From assembly GCA_905178155.1 (NCBI GenBank), contig CAJINV010000002.1, positions 9,373,412 to 9,437,411 of the forward strand: DNA of 64,000 bases, read 5' to 3'. The stretch is from Amoebophrya sp. A120. Lineage: Eukaryota; Protista; Dinoflagellata. Below, piece by piece: positions 11,654-24,807 of the stretch. Numbering within the stretch: the first letter of the stretch is position 1; every line of letters begins with the position of its first letter. Position numbers and translations under genes: made by a program. Below the pieces are notes generated by a model. That model did not search any database, was not told the origin of the DNA, and saw only the letters and a program-made list of their open reading frames with translations.

Positions 11654-13002
11654 GTTTATAATTGCATGCAACGGTATGGCTATGGACCGCGTCTCGCCCT
11701 CGAGCAGTTGTTGTGTACAATAATCAGAAAGATGTGCTGCCTGCAGTGCAAGTGCAATCATCCTGGTGCAAAACCAGACCGTGAGTGAAAAAGCAATAAG
11801 CAACATTTTGCAAGAAGAAGGACCTCGACCTTCATGCAGCATATATAACCGAAAAGAATGTTCTTTTAGCAGTGGTGTGCCATTGGATAAATCGTTGGAA
11901 GTAGTTGCCCATCGGCTGGGCTTGCATTTGTGTCGGAAGCTTCAGCTTCTTTGGCTCCTCACCCATGTTTTCGGTTTCTTGATCCGATGTAAGTGCATAA
12001 TCTCTTCGCGTGTTGGAGTCCTAGCCTCGGTAAAAAAAATTGCTCTTTTTCGTTTTTCACATCGGTGTGCCTCCATTTCGTCCTGCTTCTTCGTTTCTAG
12101 AAAGCTTCAATACGTGCAAATCAACACGGGATCTACCCAAAAATTATGATGATAGGAAATCACGGTAGTGCAAAATTCGGCTCACGGAAGACAAATCGAT
12201 CCGATCGCATCGAAACACCCGCAAATGATCAATAAACTGAAATGCGCTAACCTTGATCTTCCTTTTCCATCCTCACCGTGAGAGGAACTAGGAAATGCAT
12301 GGATCTTTCCGTACCAGGATGCGATTGATCGGTCGCCGGAACTTTCCTCGACCGAAAAAAAAAGCGCAAATTCTTCAAAATTATTGCGGAATCAAAGCTC
12401 GGTTTATTTCCTATTCACCCCCACAGAGATGTTGCCGCTGCGGAGAATTCGTGTGGAGTCTTTGAACAATATTTAGAAATTAGAAAATTTCTACCCCTTT
12501 CGTGTTGTTAGCACCAGAACTACCTGTAAAGCAATTTTATGACTGTGAATCTCTATTGGCAACAAGATATGTTTCTTAGGCCTTATTTTCTTCTTTCTCT
12601 ATTGTAGAAATATCCTTTTTAAACTTAGCGGCCGTAGCAGAGTTCTTGTAATCATCACTGTATGATTTTGGCCAGACCCGCACTTTAGCATCAGCATCAC
12701 AACAAGATTTTACATATTTGGAAGGACTGCTTTGGTTCATTGCAGATCGGCACTCGTGAGCTCCAGAACTACTACTATTTATGAATTGGTTTCCTGTTTC
12801 CACCTTTTTGTTTCTGAAATATCTTGGCACACTTTGGTATGTAAAGAAAAGAACTACATGAAACTCGCGAAATGAAGATAAAGAATCTTTCATTATACCT
12901 CTTTGTACCAATCATGTTATATTTTATCACCCGACAAAGTCGATTTCACCCCCGGCCTCCGGCAGTAGTTGATTGTTTCTACTTGTGAAGACAACAGGCA
13001 AA

Positions 13003-16000
13003 ATGGAAGGCAAGTTTTTCTGCTTTTCTGAGCCTTCGCTCCACTTGACCCCGGCACCAGGTCGTAAAAATATTAAAGGAAGCAAAACAAAAAAGAAGCC
13101 TTTGAAAGGCTACAGCGCCGACATTGACGATGAATCCGAATTCCTCGACCACGAGAGCAGTTTATTTTCGCAAGAGCCTCCAGAGTTTGGAGAAACGAGA
13201 AATTTTGAAGGCGGTGCGCCCTCTGCCGCAGTGTTACAAGAACAAGATCAACATGCAGCTGCTCAAAATGACGACGGCTCTAATCATGCACGTGGACAAG
13301 AAACTACACGTACGGCACTGCAAGACGCCGACAACGGCACGCGAGACGAAAACGACGAAGGTGAACCGGAACCCCGTCAGCAACTACATAGTTCGAAAAG
13401 TAGGGTTTATTTCGACCTTCAAGGCGGCAGTTTTACACCGATCGGCAGAAAGACGAAGACGCTGCCGGATTTCACAGACAACCGATACAAGGATGGTGCG
13501 AACAAGCGACAAAACACCGCTATCTCACACCGACCGCACGCCACGGAGACGGGGGAGGATGTGGATGTTGTCCCCACGGCAAATTATATCACAGACCGCG
13601 CGCGAAGAACATACTCGAATCAAAACCTCGTGGCCCCTCTGAACAACTTTTCCAGTGACCACGATGACGCAGCTGCTGTTCGTCCCGAGGATATTGAACC
13701 GGACCACGAAAGAACAACGCGAGTTTCCAAAGTGGGTGTGGTATCGCCGAGAAGTAGCTCGACCTCTTCCTCGTCGGAGGGCAACAATCACGAGTTCGAG
13801 AACCTAGAGGATGAGTCTTTCGAGTTCGGGCACCTGTGCGGCAAGGGCGGCTCGGCGGAAGTCTACGAAGTAATGAATCGGAAGGGCGAGAAATTCGCCA
13901 TGAAAGTATGGATTGCAAATATGTCTGGGTCTGGAAGGCAGTAACTTGTGATGCTAAGTCTACACCCTGAAAAAATGTGTGTTGCATGACTGCCAACAGT
14001 TGTCCACTTTTGACCAAGTAGAGAGCGAGTTTCTCATGCAGGACCGGCATGATATAGATCTTAGAGAATCTGTCATGCCAGGTCCTGCATTCCAGACCTC
14101 ATGGGTCATGGAAAATCTGCATGACAAGCTCCCACGCTTCCAGACCCAGACATTTTTGCATTTGATAGAAAGTCGTGTCCGCCAAATCGACCCGGCAGTT
14201 GGAAGGCTTCCTGCAGGAAGTCCGGTTGTTGGAATCCCTGTCGTCTAAAACTGCTTCTAACGCTTGTGCGGCAACGGCAGGAGGTCGAGGTGGGAACAAA
14301 AATTGTGCGGTGGATTTGAAAATGACAAACCCAACGCCCGAAGAGGAGTATGAAGCGAAAGCGGAACTCCGGCGGCAGCGGAAGGAGATCCACCGGTGCA
14401 TCATTCGGCAGTTTGCGAGTCAAGCGTTTTACGAGAGCAAAAAGTTGTACATTTTGCTCGAGTACGCGGAGTGCGATTTCCACCACTATCGACAGGAAAA
14501 ATCCCCCCTCCCCATATCAAAACAGAATTTCTGATGCTGGATTTGTGTACACAAATCAGCTTTGCATTGCGGGAGCGCGTTCCGGCTAGATCCCCAGCCT
14601 AGGTAGGGGCGTATCGGTCTAGTTGCTCAGCATGGCAAACGGCTCCCCTTTGGGCCCAACAGCATGACAAATCGCTTCCATAATGGGGGCGAAGCTTCTG
14701 GCTTTGTCTTCTTGCAAGACAAATGCGATTTGTGACCTCAAATCAGCAGCGCAAATTTTCGGAAGCATGCCTTTTCGATGTGGGGAGGGGGATCTTTCCT
14801 CTTAATAACCACTACCTGAAATCCTTCGAGAAGGGGATGCCGCTCCCGGAACTGGTGCACAGTTTCCACCAAATCCTCCAGGCGGTGAAACTGATCCACT
14901 CCCACAACATCGTGCACTTTGACCTGAAGCCCGCCAATTTCCTGATCGTGAAGAACAAGATTAAGCTGTCCGATTTCGGCCTGGCCCGCCGCATCGAGTC
15001 CGACGCCACGCACATCAGCCGGAACGGGCACTGCGGGACCATCCGCTTCATGTCGCCCGAGGCCTTTTACCAGGCCGAGAACGCCAAGGCGGAAACGTCC
15101 ATGAAGCTGAAACCTAGCACGGACGTCTGGTCCCTGGGGATCATCCTGTACCTCATGCTCTACTCGCAGACCCCCTTCCAGCAGTTCGAGTCCATGCGGG
15201 GCAACCGGGTGATGTTTGCGATCGCGGACCCGCGGATGCGGGTGTTGTACCCCAAGTTGCCCGACCGGTTTCTCATTTGCACGAAAAGTCGCGTCCTCCC
15301 CCCGGGCTTTGACTACAAAAAAGAGGTGGAGGCCGGCAACTTCGACGTGGCGAACCGCTATCTTCAGGTTGGGGTGCTGCATGTCGTCGCGTTGCTACAG
15401 TACTGTCTCAAGCACGATGCGGAAGAGCGGGCCAGCTGCGGGCAGTTGCTGGACTACTGGTCCTATTTGCTGACGATTCCGTTAGGCCCGTCTTGTTCTA
15501 CTTGTTCTGTTGCGGAAACTGGTACCAGTACGACCCCCGCAGAAGTACCGGGCGGGGAGCAACCAGAACCCAAATCGCTCGTACAACTACCAACACAGCA
15601 TCAAAACGCGACCGCCTCGCAAAAAGTCCAGTTGTTAATGGAGAGAAGCGTTCATAATTCCCCAGATGAACGAACTGCAATCTTTGTGCAGCCGGCCCCA
15701 TTCCCGCAGGGCGACAAATTTGTGTCCTTCGACGACGAAGACGATCTGACGACAAACTACCACTCAAACTCCAGCGGCAGTGAAAACACTGTAAATGGCA
15801 CATCTGCGACGTCCGAGAGTAGAAGCCAAAATGCAAGTAACAGCACTGATAACAATTCTATGACTCTTGAACAATCGGGAAGAGAAGGGAACAAGACCAC
15901 AGCTGCAAGTTGCAGCGTCGGGGTCGGATCGAGCACCACTTCTACGTCAAGCAAGAAAAAGACCTTTTACGCGAAGATTTTTCGGGTGAAAAAGGGGAAA

Positions 16001-19000
16001 GACTGGGACTGGAGTGATTGCTTGGCGCACCGGGAAAAAGATCTCGCACTTCTGTTTGATCTGCAAGACCAGAATATCATGAAGAATAAAACGGTTGACA
16101 ATCAAAATTCCGATGCTGATGAACAGGGAACGAGAACGACGGGAGGAGTTGTAGAGGAAGGAGAACGACCCAGTGAGGAACAACTCCTGCAACCAGGTTG
16201 TCTGCTGGGGACGCAAGCGCAACATTCTGTTTCTGCCGCACGCACTTCTAATCCCGATCATACGCTATCTTTCTCGAATCACGCGAACAACAGCTACAGT
16301 TGTGACTTGTTGTCCAGAGGACTTCCGCCCATTCCAGAAACACTCGGAGACGACGAGGAAGAAGAATCGAACGCATCGGCGCATCTTGAAAATCCGGACG
16401 GGTTTTCTTCAGGGCCGCTTCTCCACGAAGGTGGCGGTGTAGACCTGCTCCCAGATGAAACACTGAACCAGCACCGACATGATCATGATCGAGAGCAGAG
16501 CGAAACCCATAAGAAGGGCGTTTCGACGTCGTCCAACGAAGGAGAAGAGACGAGAGCGCTTCTGCCGTTCGAAAGAGCGTCGAAGCACTGCGACCTTGTG
16601 GACCTGGAGGCACCAGATCTGGAAATAAACGAGACCAGTGGGGGTTCCGGAGCATGCTCCTGCTCCTTGATTTGGATCATCGTCTGTGTTGTAGCAGCCG
16701 TTGTAGTCATTGGCGGAGTGGTGTGGATCGTTGTGTGGCAGACAAATCTCGCGCAAAATCAACAGGAAGGGGGAAACAATGCACCCAGCGAAGGAAATCA
16801 GGACCCACCCCCAATCACAAACCCGCATGGCGGTCAAAATTCTTCGGGAGGAGACAATTCTAGCGGGCATCACGGCACGAACGGGCAGAACAAAGTTGTT
16901 CCGTGGTTCATGACAAGCTTCGAAGCGAACAAAGTGATCCATCCCGACCTTCCAAGGGAATCACAGTGGCGGTGGATGCTGGAAGCCCTTTTATTAGGCG
17001 ATCGCGCGGCTGGCAGTGCTAGGGCTGGTAGAAATTTTGGCTCGCCGAACGCCACGGCCGACGCACTGGTCGCGCTTTATCTCCAGGCTGGAAATACGCC
17101 CGCGTCTCCTGGCGGTCGTACAGGAAGTAGATCTTCACCAACAAAGGCCGCTGCTGCTGTATTGCGTAATCGAAAAGGGGGGGACCACTGGGACAGCATT
17201 CCGGCAACAACATCTTCGGAGCGCCGGAACTTGCAGATGAACATGATCAGCCGACCTGCGCAGCTCTTTTTCATGAGCCGGCAAGCAGCAGCTGCGGGTG
17301 CGGTTGCGGCTGCGGCCCCCACCTCCACTTCCAGTGGAAACGAGGAATACCTGCGCACCGAGGTTCTGCCGCATCCGGAGAAAGTGCAGCAGTTGGTGCT
17401 GCAAATCTACGCCGACATCTACCGCAGGGACGAGAACACTGCGAGCTCCTCTTATCCTCTGAAGGAGCGGTGCCTAGAGGAGCTGAAACATCACGACTAC
17501 ACGGCTGACGAAAACAACCCAAACGAAGCCACGCTCCTGATTCCGGCGTTGCTTCCAAGTGGAGATGACAATCTTTTCATGCTTCCGGACGACAGTTTTA
17601 CGGCGCGCAAAAAATTCGTCGAAGATTTTCTCACCGTTTCTCGCAACGAAAACGGCAATTCCTCCTCTACCTCGACATCATCTTCTACAGGGCAAGGAAA
17701 CAACCCGGGGCGGCCTAGTCCTGACCCCCGACAGAGGAGATTGCAGTTGGCGCGGGAAAGCTACAGTCACATGGAGGCCGTCGTGCGGAAACTGCATGCT
17801 GTCGGCGATCGGCACCCGGGGCAGCCGAATAGTGCGAACAGTGTTGCCCTCGTCCTAAAGTCTTTTTTCTACTACTTCGGCTGCCCCGGCAATCTCAGCA
17901 AGAGCAGCGTCGTAGTGGCGCCAGACGAGGAAAACGGAACGCCACGGATGAAAACGGTGTATGACCAAGAAGCAGACAAAAGGAGGAAGGTCTTCCGGCA
18001 GGACTTCCACCTCCAAGAGAGCCAGATTCACTCCGTTGATGATTTTTTGCAGAAATACAACCAGAAAGTGGAAAACCTGCAGCACGGAGGTGACGATGGC
18101 GGCACGACAAACCTCGGGCAGTTGTCGCCTGCAGCAGCAGGAGGCCCGACGGCGAATGCTGGAACGAACGGAGGAGGACCTCCGGCACCGACACCGCCCA
18201 ACCATGTCGGGGCAAGTTACAGCGGCAGCAGTAGCACAGTACAAGGAAATCCTGCATTGCAGCCCCAGCCACCAACACCATCTGTGCCTCCACAAACGGG
18301 GCCCCAGGCCGGAAGCGCCGGAGGTGGTGCTACGTCCACACAACACCCAGAGGCAGTGCCAAACACTGCGACGGGCACATCAAACCTACTTCACCAGCAA
18401 ACCAGTACCGGACCTGGTGGCCCAACGCAAGTCGTGACGCCACCAACTACTAGCTCAGGTTCAACAGCTTCAACCGTGGTAGCGCAAGAACCAGCACCGG
18501 CAAACGAGAATGCGGCAACCACCTCCGCTCCGCCTGTTGTAACTGGGCCGCCAGCTGCACAACTACCGCCGCCAAGTGCTACTACTTTCTCTACTCCACC
18601 GCCCGATTTTCCCCCTCCTTCCGCGGGTCCAACTCCCCCGCCGAACGACTACTCTGCTGCTACGCCAACCTCTGGTCCTCCACCGCAGCCTATTCCACCG
18701 CAGCCTCTGACCAATTCGGCGCAAGCATCGCAGCCTGGTGCGCAACACGTGAACGCTGAAATTATCAACGCAGGACCGTCCATCGTCGGCAGCCTTGGTG
18801 CAGCACCCGCCCCGTCCGGGATAATTTCACCGACACTTAACCCCGGAAGTAGCTCCGGGGGCGCGGCAAGCGTCACTCCTTCCGCGGTGTTTGGTGAGAG
18901 CAGTACTGTTCTTGCTTCGTCCGGTGGTGGCGGAGGAGGTGGCGTTGCTTCCTCCAGTATCGGGGGTGGTGGCGCATCGAGTGCGAGTGCGGGTTCTGCT

Positions 19001-22000
19001 GCAGCTCCTGCTCCAGGCGGTGCTAGCAACGCCTTTCATCCAGCACAAGAAGCGCAGACACCCTTAGGTCCGGCGTGGTGGATGACGGCCAAGATCGTTC
19101 CCGCGATGAATCCCTTGCACGGTGTTTGGCCAGCAGTCCTTCGCAGGCTCCTGAAGGAAGGCGCGGCAGAGCCGGTAGTTTTGCAAGCGCTGCAGCGGCA
19201 CCTTCGAGACGCTTTGGAGTTGTCGGAGCTGAGCAACCTCTTCGAGGATCGGCATGATCTACGCCTGTTAGCCACGGCAGACTATGAGTGGAACAACCCG
19301 CATAGTCAGCGTCAGGAAGAGTTTCGGCGCGATTTTAAGGAAAAGCTTTTGGACAAAAGTGCCTCGGCCGTCCGCGGTTTGGTTAAAGCGATCTACCACA
19401 ATATTCGAAAAGAAAATTCGTTCTTCCGCGAGCACGCCGGTGGTAGAGTGGTGGATGAGTGCCTCAGTGTGTTGCAAGAAAAGCCTTCTAGCACACCGAC
19501 GCGAGCAACCGGTTCGGATGCAAGTGCAACTGAGAGGGAAAGAAGTGTACATGCAGCTCAAAATGCCGAAACAAGTAGCAGTTCCTCTTCTTCTCCTCCT
19601 CGAAGTGCAGCGCAGCTCAACGGGGCGCCCGCCGCGTCAGAAGATGGAACGCGACCAGGTGCTACGGAATCACTTTTGCTGGAGCCTGCGCTATTGCCCA
19701 ACCCGCGGAACCTCTTCGATGGGCGACAGATACTGCCCAAAACCAGGTTTCGAGCTAGTCGCGCAGAAGAGAGAGCCGCCCTCGAGGAGTTTTACACCAG
19801 ACCGGACTCCGCTCTTGAGAATCTGTCTGTCTTCAGAACAGGGTGGCACAAAGAAACAAAGAAGTGGGTTCTTCGACAAGCAGTGCGCAAGATGGTCCAA
19901 ATTATCGCAGGTGTGCGCGCGATCGTCGCCGGGTGGGTAAGTCCGATAAATCTGTTATCAGCAGCGAGTGCACCGCGGTCATATGCAGCAGCCGAGGCGG
20001 ATCCAGTCGCGCTGGCATTCTTTCTTTTCGGGTGCCCGATTCCAGAAGAACTCGCGCGAATAGAAGACCCGGTATATCTCGACGACCAGAACACTAGCGG
20101 AGAGGAGGAGGAGGAGGACGAAGATGCCACGCATTCTTCCCAACCGCAACGACCGGACAGGGTGGCAGTTGTCAAAAACAAATTCATGGAAACGGACACT
20201 GCCACGCATCCAGCATGGGAACTACCGCCCGTGAACGAGTTTGACGAGGACGCCTCTGAAGACAAGCACGCTTGCGCGGACCTTTACCACTACAATGCGC
20301 CGTCGCACCATCGTTCAATATTACATTTCCCCGATGCGCCCGATTGGACGCAGCGAGCGTCGGCCCTCCATCCGACTGTCGTCCGACACGGAAGGTGTAC
20401 AGTTTTGAAGAGGGAAAACCGAGGAAACGCTTTTTTCTTAAACCTTGACGGTGGTGCAGATGACGATGGTGATCGCGGCGGAGGTGGCAGTTCTCGGCGT
20501 GGCGGAAGTAGAGCAAACCACTTCAGATATGCTGAGGTGGGAACAACGACAACGACAACCTGGACGAGTCACGGGAATGAGACGAGAGAGGCCACCGCCG
20601 CGGAATTTCAGGCGAGCCTCGCGTCGTGGGTGGTCTTCCACTACCAGGGAGCGCACTGGTGGACCGACGGCATGGCGGCGCGGACGAATATCATTCCGGC
20701 GATGAATCCCGAACGCGGCCTCTGGCCCGCAATCTTCCGAGTCCTGTGCAACCACTCCCCAAGCGCCATGAGAGCGTATTTGGAAGTTGCGCGCGACAGC
20801 CTCGCAACAAGTAATAGTCCGGGACGGAGTGCTCCTGCCCGCGGAGATGCAGCTCCAGCAGTGGGGGTGAGTCCTTCATCCCTCTTGGCGACGGACGCAG
20901 AAGTGGCAGAAGCGCTTCGCGCAGCTCTCGACGGGGACTCTGCTGCACGCAACAATTCTAGTAGTACGCAAAATGTTGACGAGAATGATCGCGGAGGGGC
21001 CTTTGTTGGTAGAGGAACAACTTCCACGGTGAATCATCAGCAGGAAGTAGTAGAAGGACCGCAACCTACCACGTCACAGGCGCCGTCGGCAGGATCCTCT
21101 TCTACAACGCCATACATCAACCGACAGACTAGAATAGGGCAGCCTTTTTGCACTGCCGTCGCACGCGAGGTGCTGTCCGACGTTAGGGTGGTCCGGACAC
21201 TTTATCAAAAGGAAAAATCCCCCCTCACCATATCGAAACCGAAATTTGTGATGCTGTATTTCAGTACACAAATCGACTTATATTGCTAGAAGGCCAAAAG
21301 ACGCAGCTGCGGCATTAATTGCAGGCGATTTGTCATGCTGTTTCCCATTTCCAGCTGCCTCCTGTCATCCTGAAGATGCAAGGCTTTCCTACGCCACCCA
21401 GCACTACAGTCCGCTTCTTTTGCCTTCTAGCATGACAACATGATTTGTGGTCACAAATCATGCTACACAAATCTCCGTTCCAGTACGGGGAGGGGGGATT
21501 TTTCCTCTTAATACACTTGTGCGGCACGTGTACCAGCGGATCGCAAAGCATGCCCTCCTCGGGCGTATCAAATGTAAAAATGTCTGGGTCTGGAAGAATG
21601 CAATTTGTCATGCTAAATCTGAAGCATGCAAAAATCTGTGTTGCATGATTACCAAAAGTCGTCCAGTTTTGACCAAGTCGGGAGGCAGTTTCTCATGCAG
21701 GATAGGCATGGGAAAGATCGCACAGAATCTGTCATGCTATGTCCTGTATTCCAGACCTCATGGGTCATGGAAATTCTGCATGACAAATCGATGAAAATGG
21801 CTAAAAAGGGCTTCGTCGATCGATTGTGCCACTAGGGCCTTGTGTTCCGGCTATTCCGGATCGCAATCGATGGAGGGCGGGACCTGCACCGGCGACAGGC
21901 GCTACCCAACCAACCAACCCAATCGCGCATTCTTCCAGACCCAGACATTTTTACATTTGATAGGGCGCCACTCGCAGCAATGTCTAGCTAACGCCACGCA

Positions 22001-23546
22001 TTTCCCAGGGAGCGCCAGGGCAGAAGCGCTGAGAACAAGAATGGTTGACGTCGGACCAGAAGAGAAACATCGGTGGCAGCTGGAGATCTGGGAGCCGCCG
22101 CTCCTACCCAACGAGAGAAATCTGTACAAATTGAACAACAACGAGATGCCCTGGATATATCAAATGAAAAAGAGCCCTGGCCCCAGCAGCAAGTTTCATA
22201 TCGCTCCTGTATTTGCATTTTTTTACAAACTTTCCGAGCGAAATCAGAAATTTCCTTTCTGGCATGAAAGCACTGCGGACCATTCTTAATCGAGAATGTA
22301 GCTCTGCGAAAATGCAGCCTTGAGATGATAAGGACAAATGCCGCTTTATTTGCTGGGCCTCAAGTTTGCAACGCGAATGCTCGTTCTGCACCTGCCCTGC
22401 AAATTTCAATATTTTTCATCCGTAAGGAAGTTTTGCAAGAAGACAGATACTTCTTGTCGCCTTTCTGGGATGGAAGGGGCGCTTTTCATCTCGATAACCA
22501 GGAGGCGGAGTATCGTGGTAGTGACCTCTACCTCAAAGCACCTGTCTACTCCTTCGAGACCGTGCAGAGCAATCTGGAGAAGTTCTACAAAGGGGAACTC
22601 CCTAAGCAAGTAGACGAGCAAGAATTCGAGGTCTCTCTTGGTCCCATCTTGCGAGTGGATCCGGACGGAAGAGTCACCGAAGGAAGTTTGGCTACTGGAT
22701 CTAGGCCGCTTCCTTATCAAATGCAAAATATGTTTGGCTTTGGAAGACTGCCGAAGTTTGTCGTGCGGTTGTTCTTGCAGGAACCTTAACCTACTACTGG
22801 TACTACCAGCCAGACGACCCAAAGGGGGCGGCTTCTGCATCTGCTATTCATGCAATTCAGCAATAGAGATTTTTGACATTTGGTGTCTAACAGCACACGT
22901 AGCATCACAAACTCAGACTCTTCCACGCCCACACATATTTGCAACGCATATTCCTCGTGGCATTGCGATAGACGTGAAGTCTGCTGCAGTTGGAGCTGCC
23001 ATGGATACTCTCGATCACGTTCGAACCGTCATAGCGCAAGTTGCGACGCTTTTGGGCCGATTTTCATCTCAACAAGATTCCGGGTCCACAACGCCGTCCA
23101 CCTCCGCCGCTGATCAACAAGCAAATCTGGTGTATTGGGCCTTCTTCGTGCTCGGCTGCCCTGGACACCCGCCGACCAGGTTCATTGCCGCGTGGCCAAA
23201 GGATGACAACGGCAGGACAATGGAGAGCCATGAAATCGCGTGTAAGAAGCATCCCTTCTTGAACGCTCGCATTGCCGGCCACTCCGACCCGGAACCCGCG
23301 CTCCAAACGCCACCAGGGCGCTATCTGTGCACTACCTTGTTAAAGTTCGGACGGTCCAGTCCGGTACCACTATGGGAGACGGACACAGTGACTGTGACGT
23401 TAAGGCAGCAAGGTGTCATCGAAAAATTCCTGGATGAAGTTGTGAATGGCCGCGAGGAAGGTCTTGGACTTGGACACGCGCCGTCTCTCGCGGTCTTTCT
23501 ACAGTGGTGGAGCGAAAAATTCAACAGACACGCACAAGAATACTAA
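13003..23546 (+). CDS. Giant Mps1/TTK-like protein kinase with transmembrane helix and repeated C-terminal domains (~2939 aa)
   Basis: GKGGSAEVY, FAMKVV, IVHFDLKPANFL, KLSDFGLA, GTIRFMSPEA and DVWSLGIILY..TPF..AIADP resemble Mps1/TTK. TM helix LIWIIVCVVAAVVVIGGVVWIVVW at ~16668-16740. One continuous frame (8820 nt) after removing six elements. Confidence 0.85.
13907..14167. mobile_element. Introner-like TIR element, family A
   Basis: Direct repeat GAAAG. Removal restores FAMK-VVS at the kinase catalytic Lys. Confidence 0.92.
14487..14807. mobile_element. Introner-like TIR element, family D
   Basis: TATCGACAGGAAAAATCCCCCCTCCCCATATC ... GATGTGGGGAGGGGGATCTTTCCTCTTAATA, direct repeat ACCAC. 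Removal restores CDFHH-YLK. Confidence 0.9.
21203..21513. mobile_element. Introner-like TIR element, family D
   Basis: Family D TIRs, direct repeat CACTT. Removal restores VRTL-VRHV. Confidence 0.9.
21566..21962. mobile_element. Introner-like TIR element, family A, enlarged (397 bp)
   Basis: Near-perfect family A TIRs, direct repeat GGGCG, ~140 bp extra internal sequence. Removal restores LLG-RHSQ. Confidence 0.92.
22158..22325. mobile_element. Decayed introner-like element
   Basis: Begins TATCAAATGAAAAA, ends TTGAGA, flanks GGATA/TGATA. Removal restores MPWI-RTNA. Confidence 0.6.
22715..22950. mobile_element. Introner-like TIR element, family A (diverged)
   Basis: TATCAAATGCAAAATATGTTTGGCTTTGGAAG ... 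CTTCCACGCCCACACATATTTGCAACGCATA, direct repeat TTCCT. Removal restores RPLP-RGIA. Confidence 0.85.
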
Positions 23547-24807
23547 AAAGTAAGTAGCTCTCACGCCCGTTGCATCCTCGACAAGATTGAAAAATAATGA
23601 TCGGGCTGTACTTCTGTATTGTAGAGCTAGACAAAAGGCGCAACGGCCGGACCACCGATCCTGAATCTGAAACAGCGAAGTCCCAGCTTCAGCTTCGAGA
23701 CGAAGCTCTTGCTGCTCCTAAATCTATAGGACGATCCTTACGCTGATCTCGCGTTCTCGTTTCAGCACTCGTCTTCATCACCATGGCATCGAGAGCATTC
23801 TCGCTATTTTTCCTTCCGAAGTTTGGGTATTTCTTTCATCGTTCTCGGTCACGGGTGCCCGGCTGCCAGAAGAAATTTACGCATTGACATCGTTCTTTTC
23901 CGCAATCGGTCATCATGATTCGTTCGTTCCACTTTTTTTTCCGTGCACAACGAACTCGTTTGCCACCGAGATCGAGATGTTCGTGTTGCCTGTGTCACGT
24001 GGCCCGCTCAGTCGTCCTCATATTGATTTATTGAAGTTGATGAGGAAGATTTCGCGACAGTCCGGTGGGAGATCCTGAGCCAGTCGAGCAGATCCGTGGT
24101 ACTCAACAATCGATCTTGCTGAAGTTTTGTACAGAAACCGATCTATCAAAGCGAGATGATCCGAAGACGAACAAGATCCGAGACAATACGGTGTCTCGTG
24201 AAAATTGCGTGAACTCAGAAAATTCAAATGCCGGTCGCAACCCCAGTGCCGTGCCGTGCAAATTTCATTCCGATCTTGGTTCAGGAGCTGCGGCACATAA
24301 ATCTACTTTCGAAAAGTATTTTAGTACTTAAACGTAAAGTTTCTGCTTCAATTTTTCGGCTTTTACTTTTTGTTTCTCCCACACAGGACAGTGAAAGGAT
24401 GTGAATCTTGATATGGTAGTACTAGTAAAACAGTGGAGTAGTTTCTGTTGTAGTACTAGAAAAAAAAGAATATCGAAGAGAAATTCTGCCCCCAATCCAC
24501 AAGAAACAACAAGTAGAAATAGCAAAAGTACTCCAAAACTGAATGTAGCTCGTTATTCTTATTGTTGCTGTAAAAGACACTATCGATTACGATTTCGATA
24601 GACGTTGAGATCATACCGCTGCATTACCTTTGTTTATCTTCGTACTATTTGTATAATTGTGCTCTCCGACCAAACGTTGGTGTTAGGCATTTCCTCCCTG
24701 TGCATACAAACATCACTCGATTTATGAAGTTCTTTTGTGTCTCGTCGTGTCATTGCTTCATTCCGAATATTTTTTAACGGACCTCTTTATTTCCATCCCC
24801 GTTCAAA

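Noticed and set aside
14723-21289. ORF-track starts and ends (14723, 26098, 44018, 48287) as real protein termini
   Set aside because: They begin or end inside TIR elements; the true frames continue across the elements.
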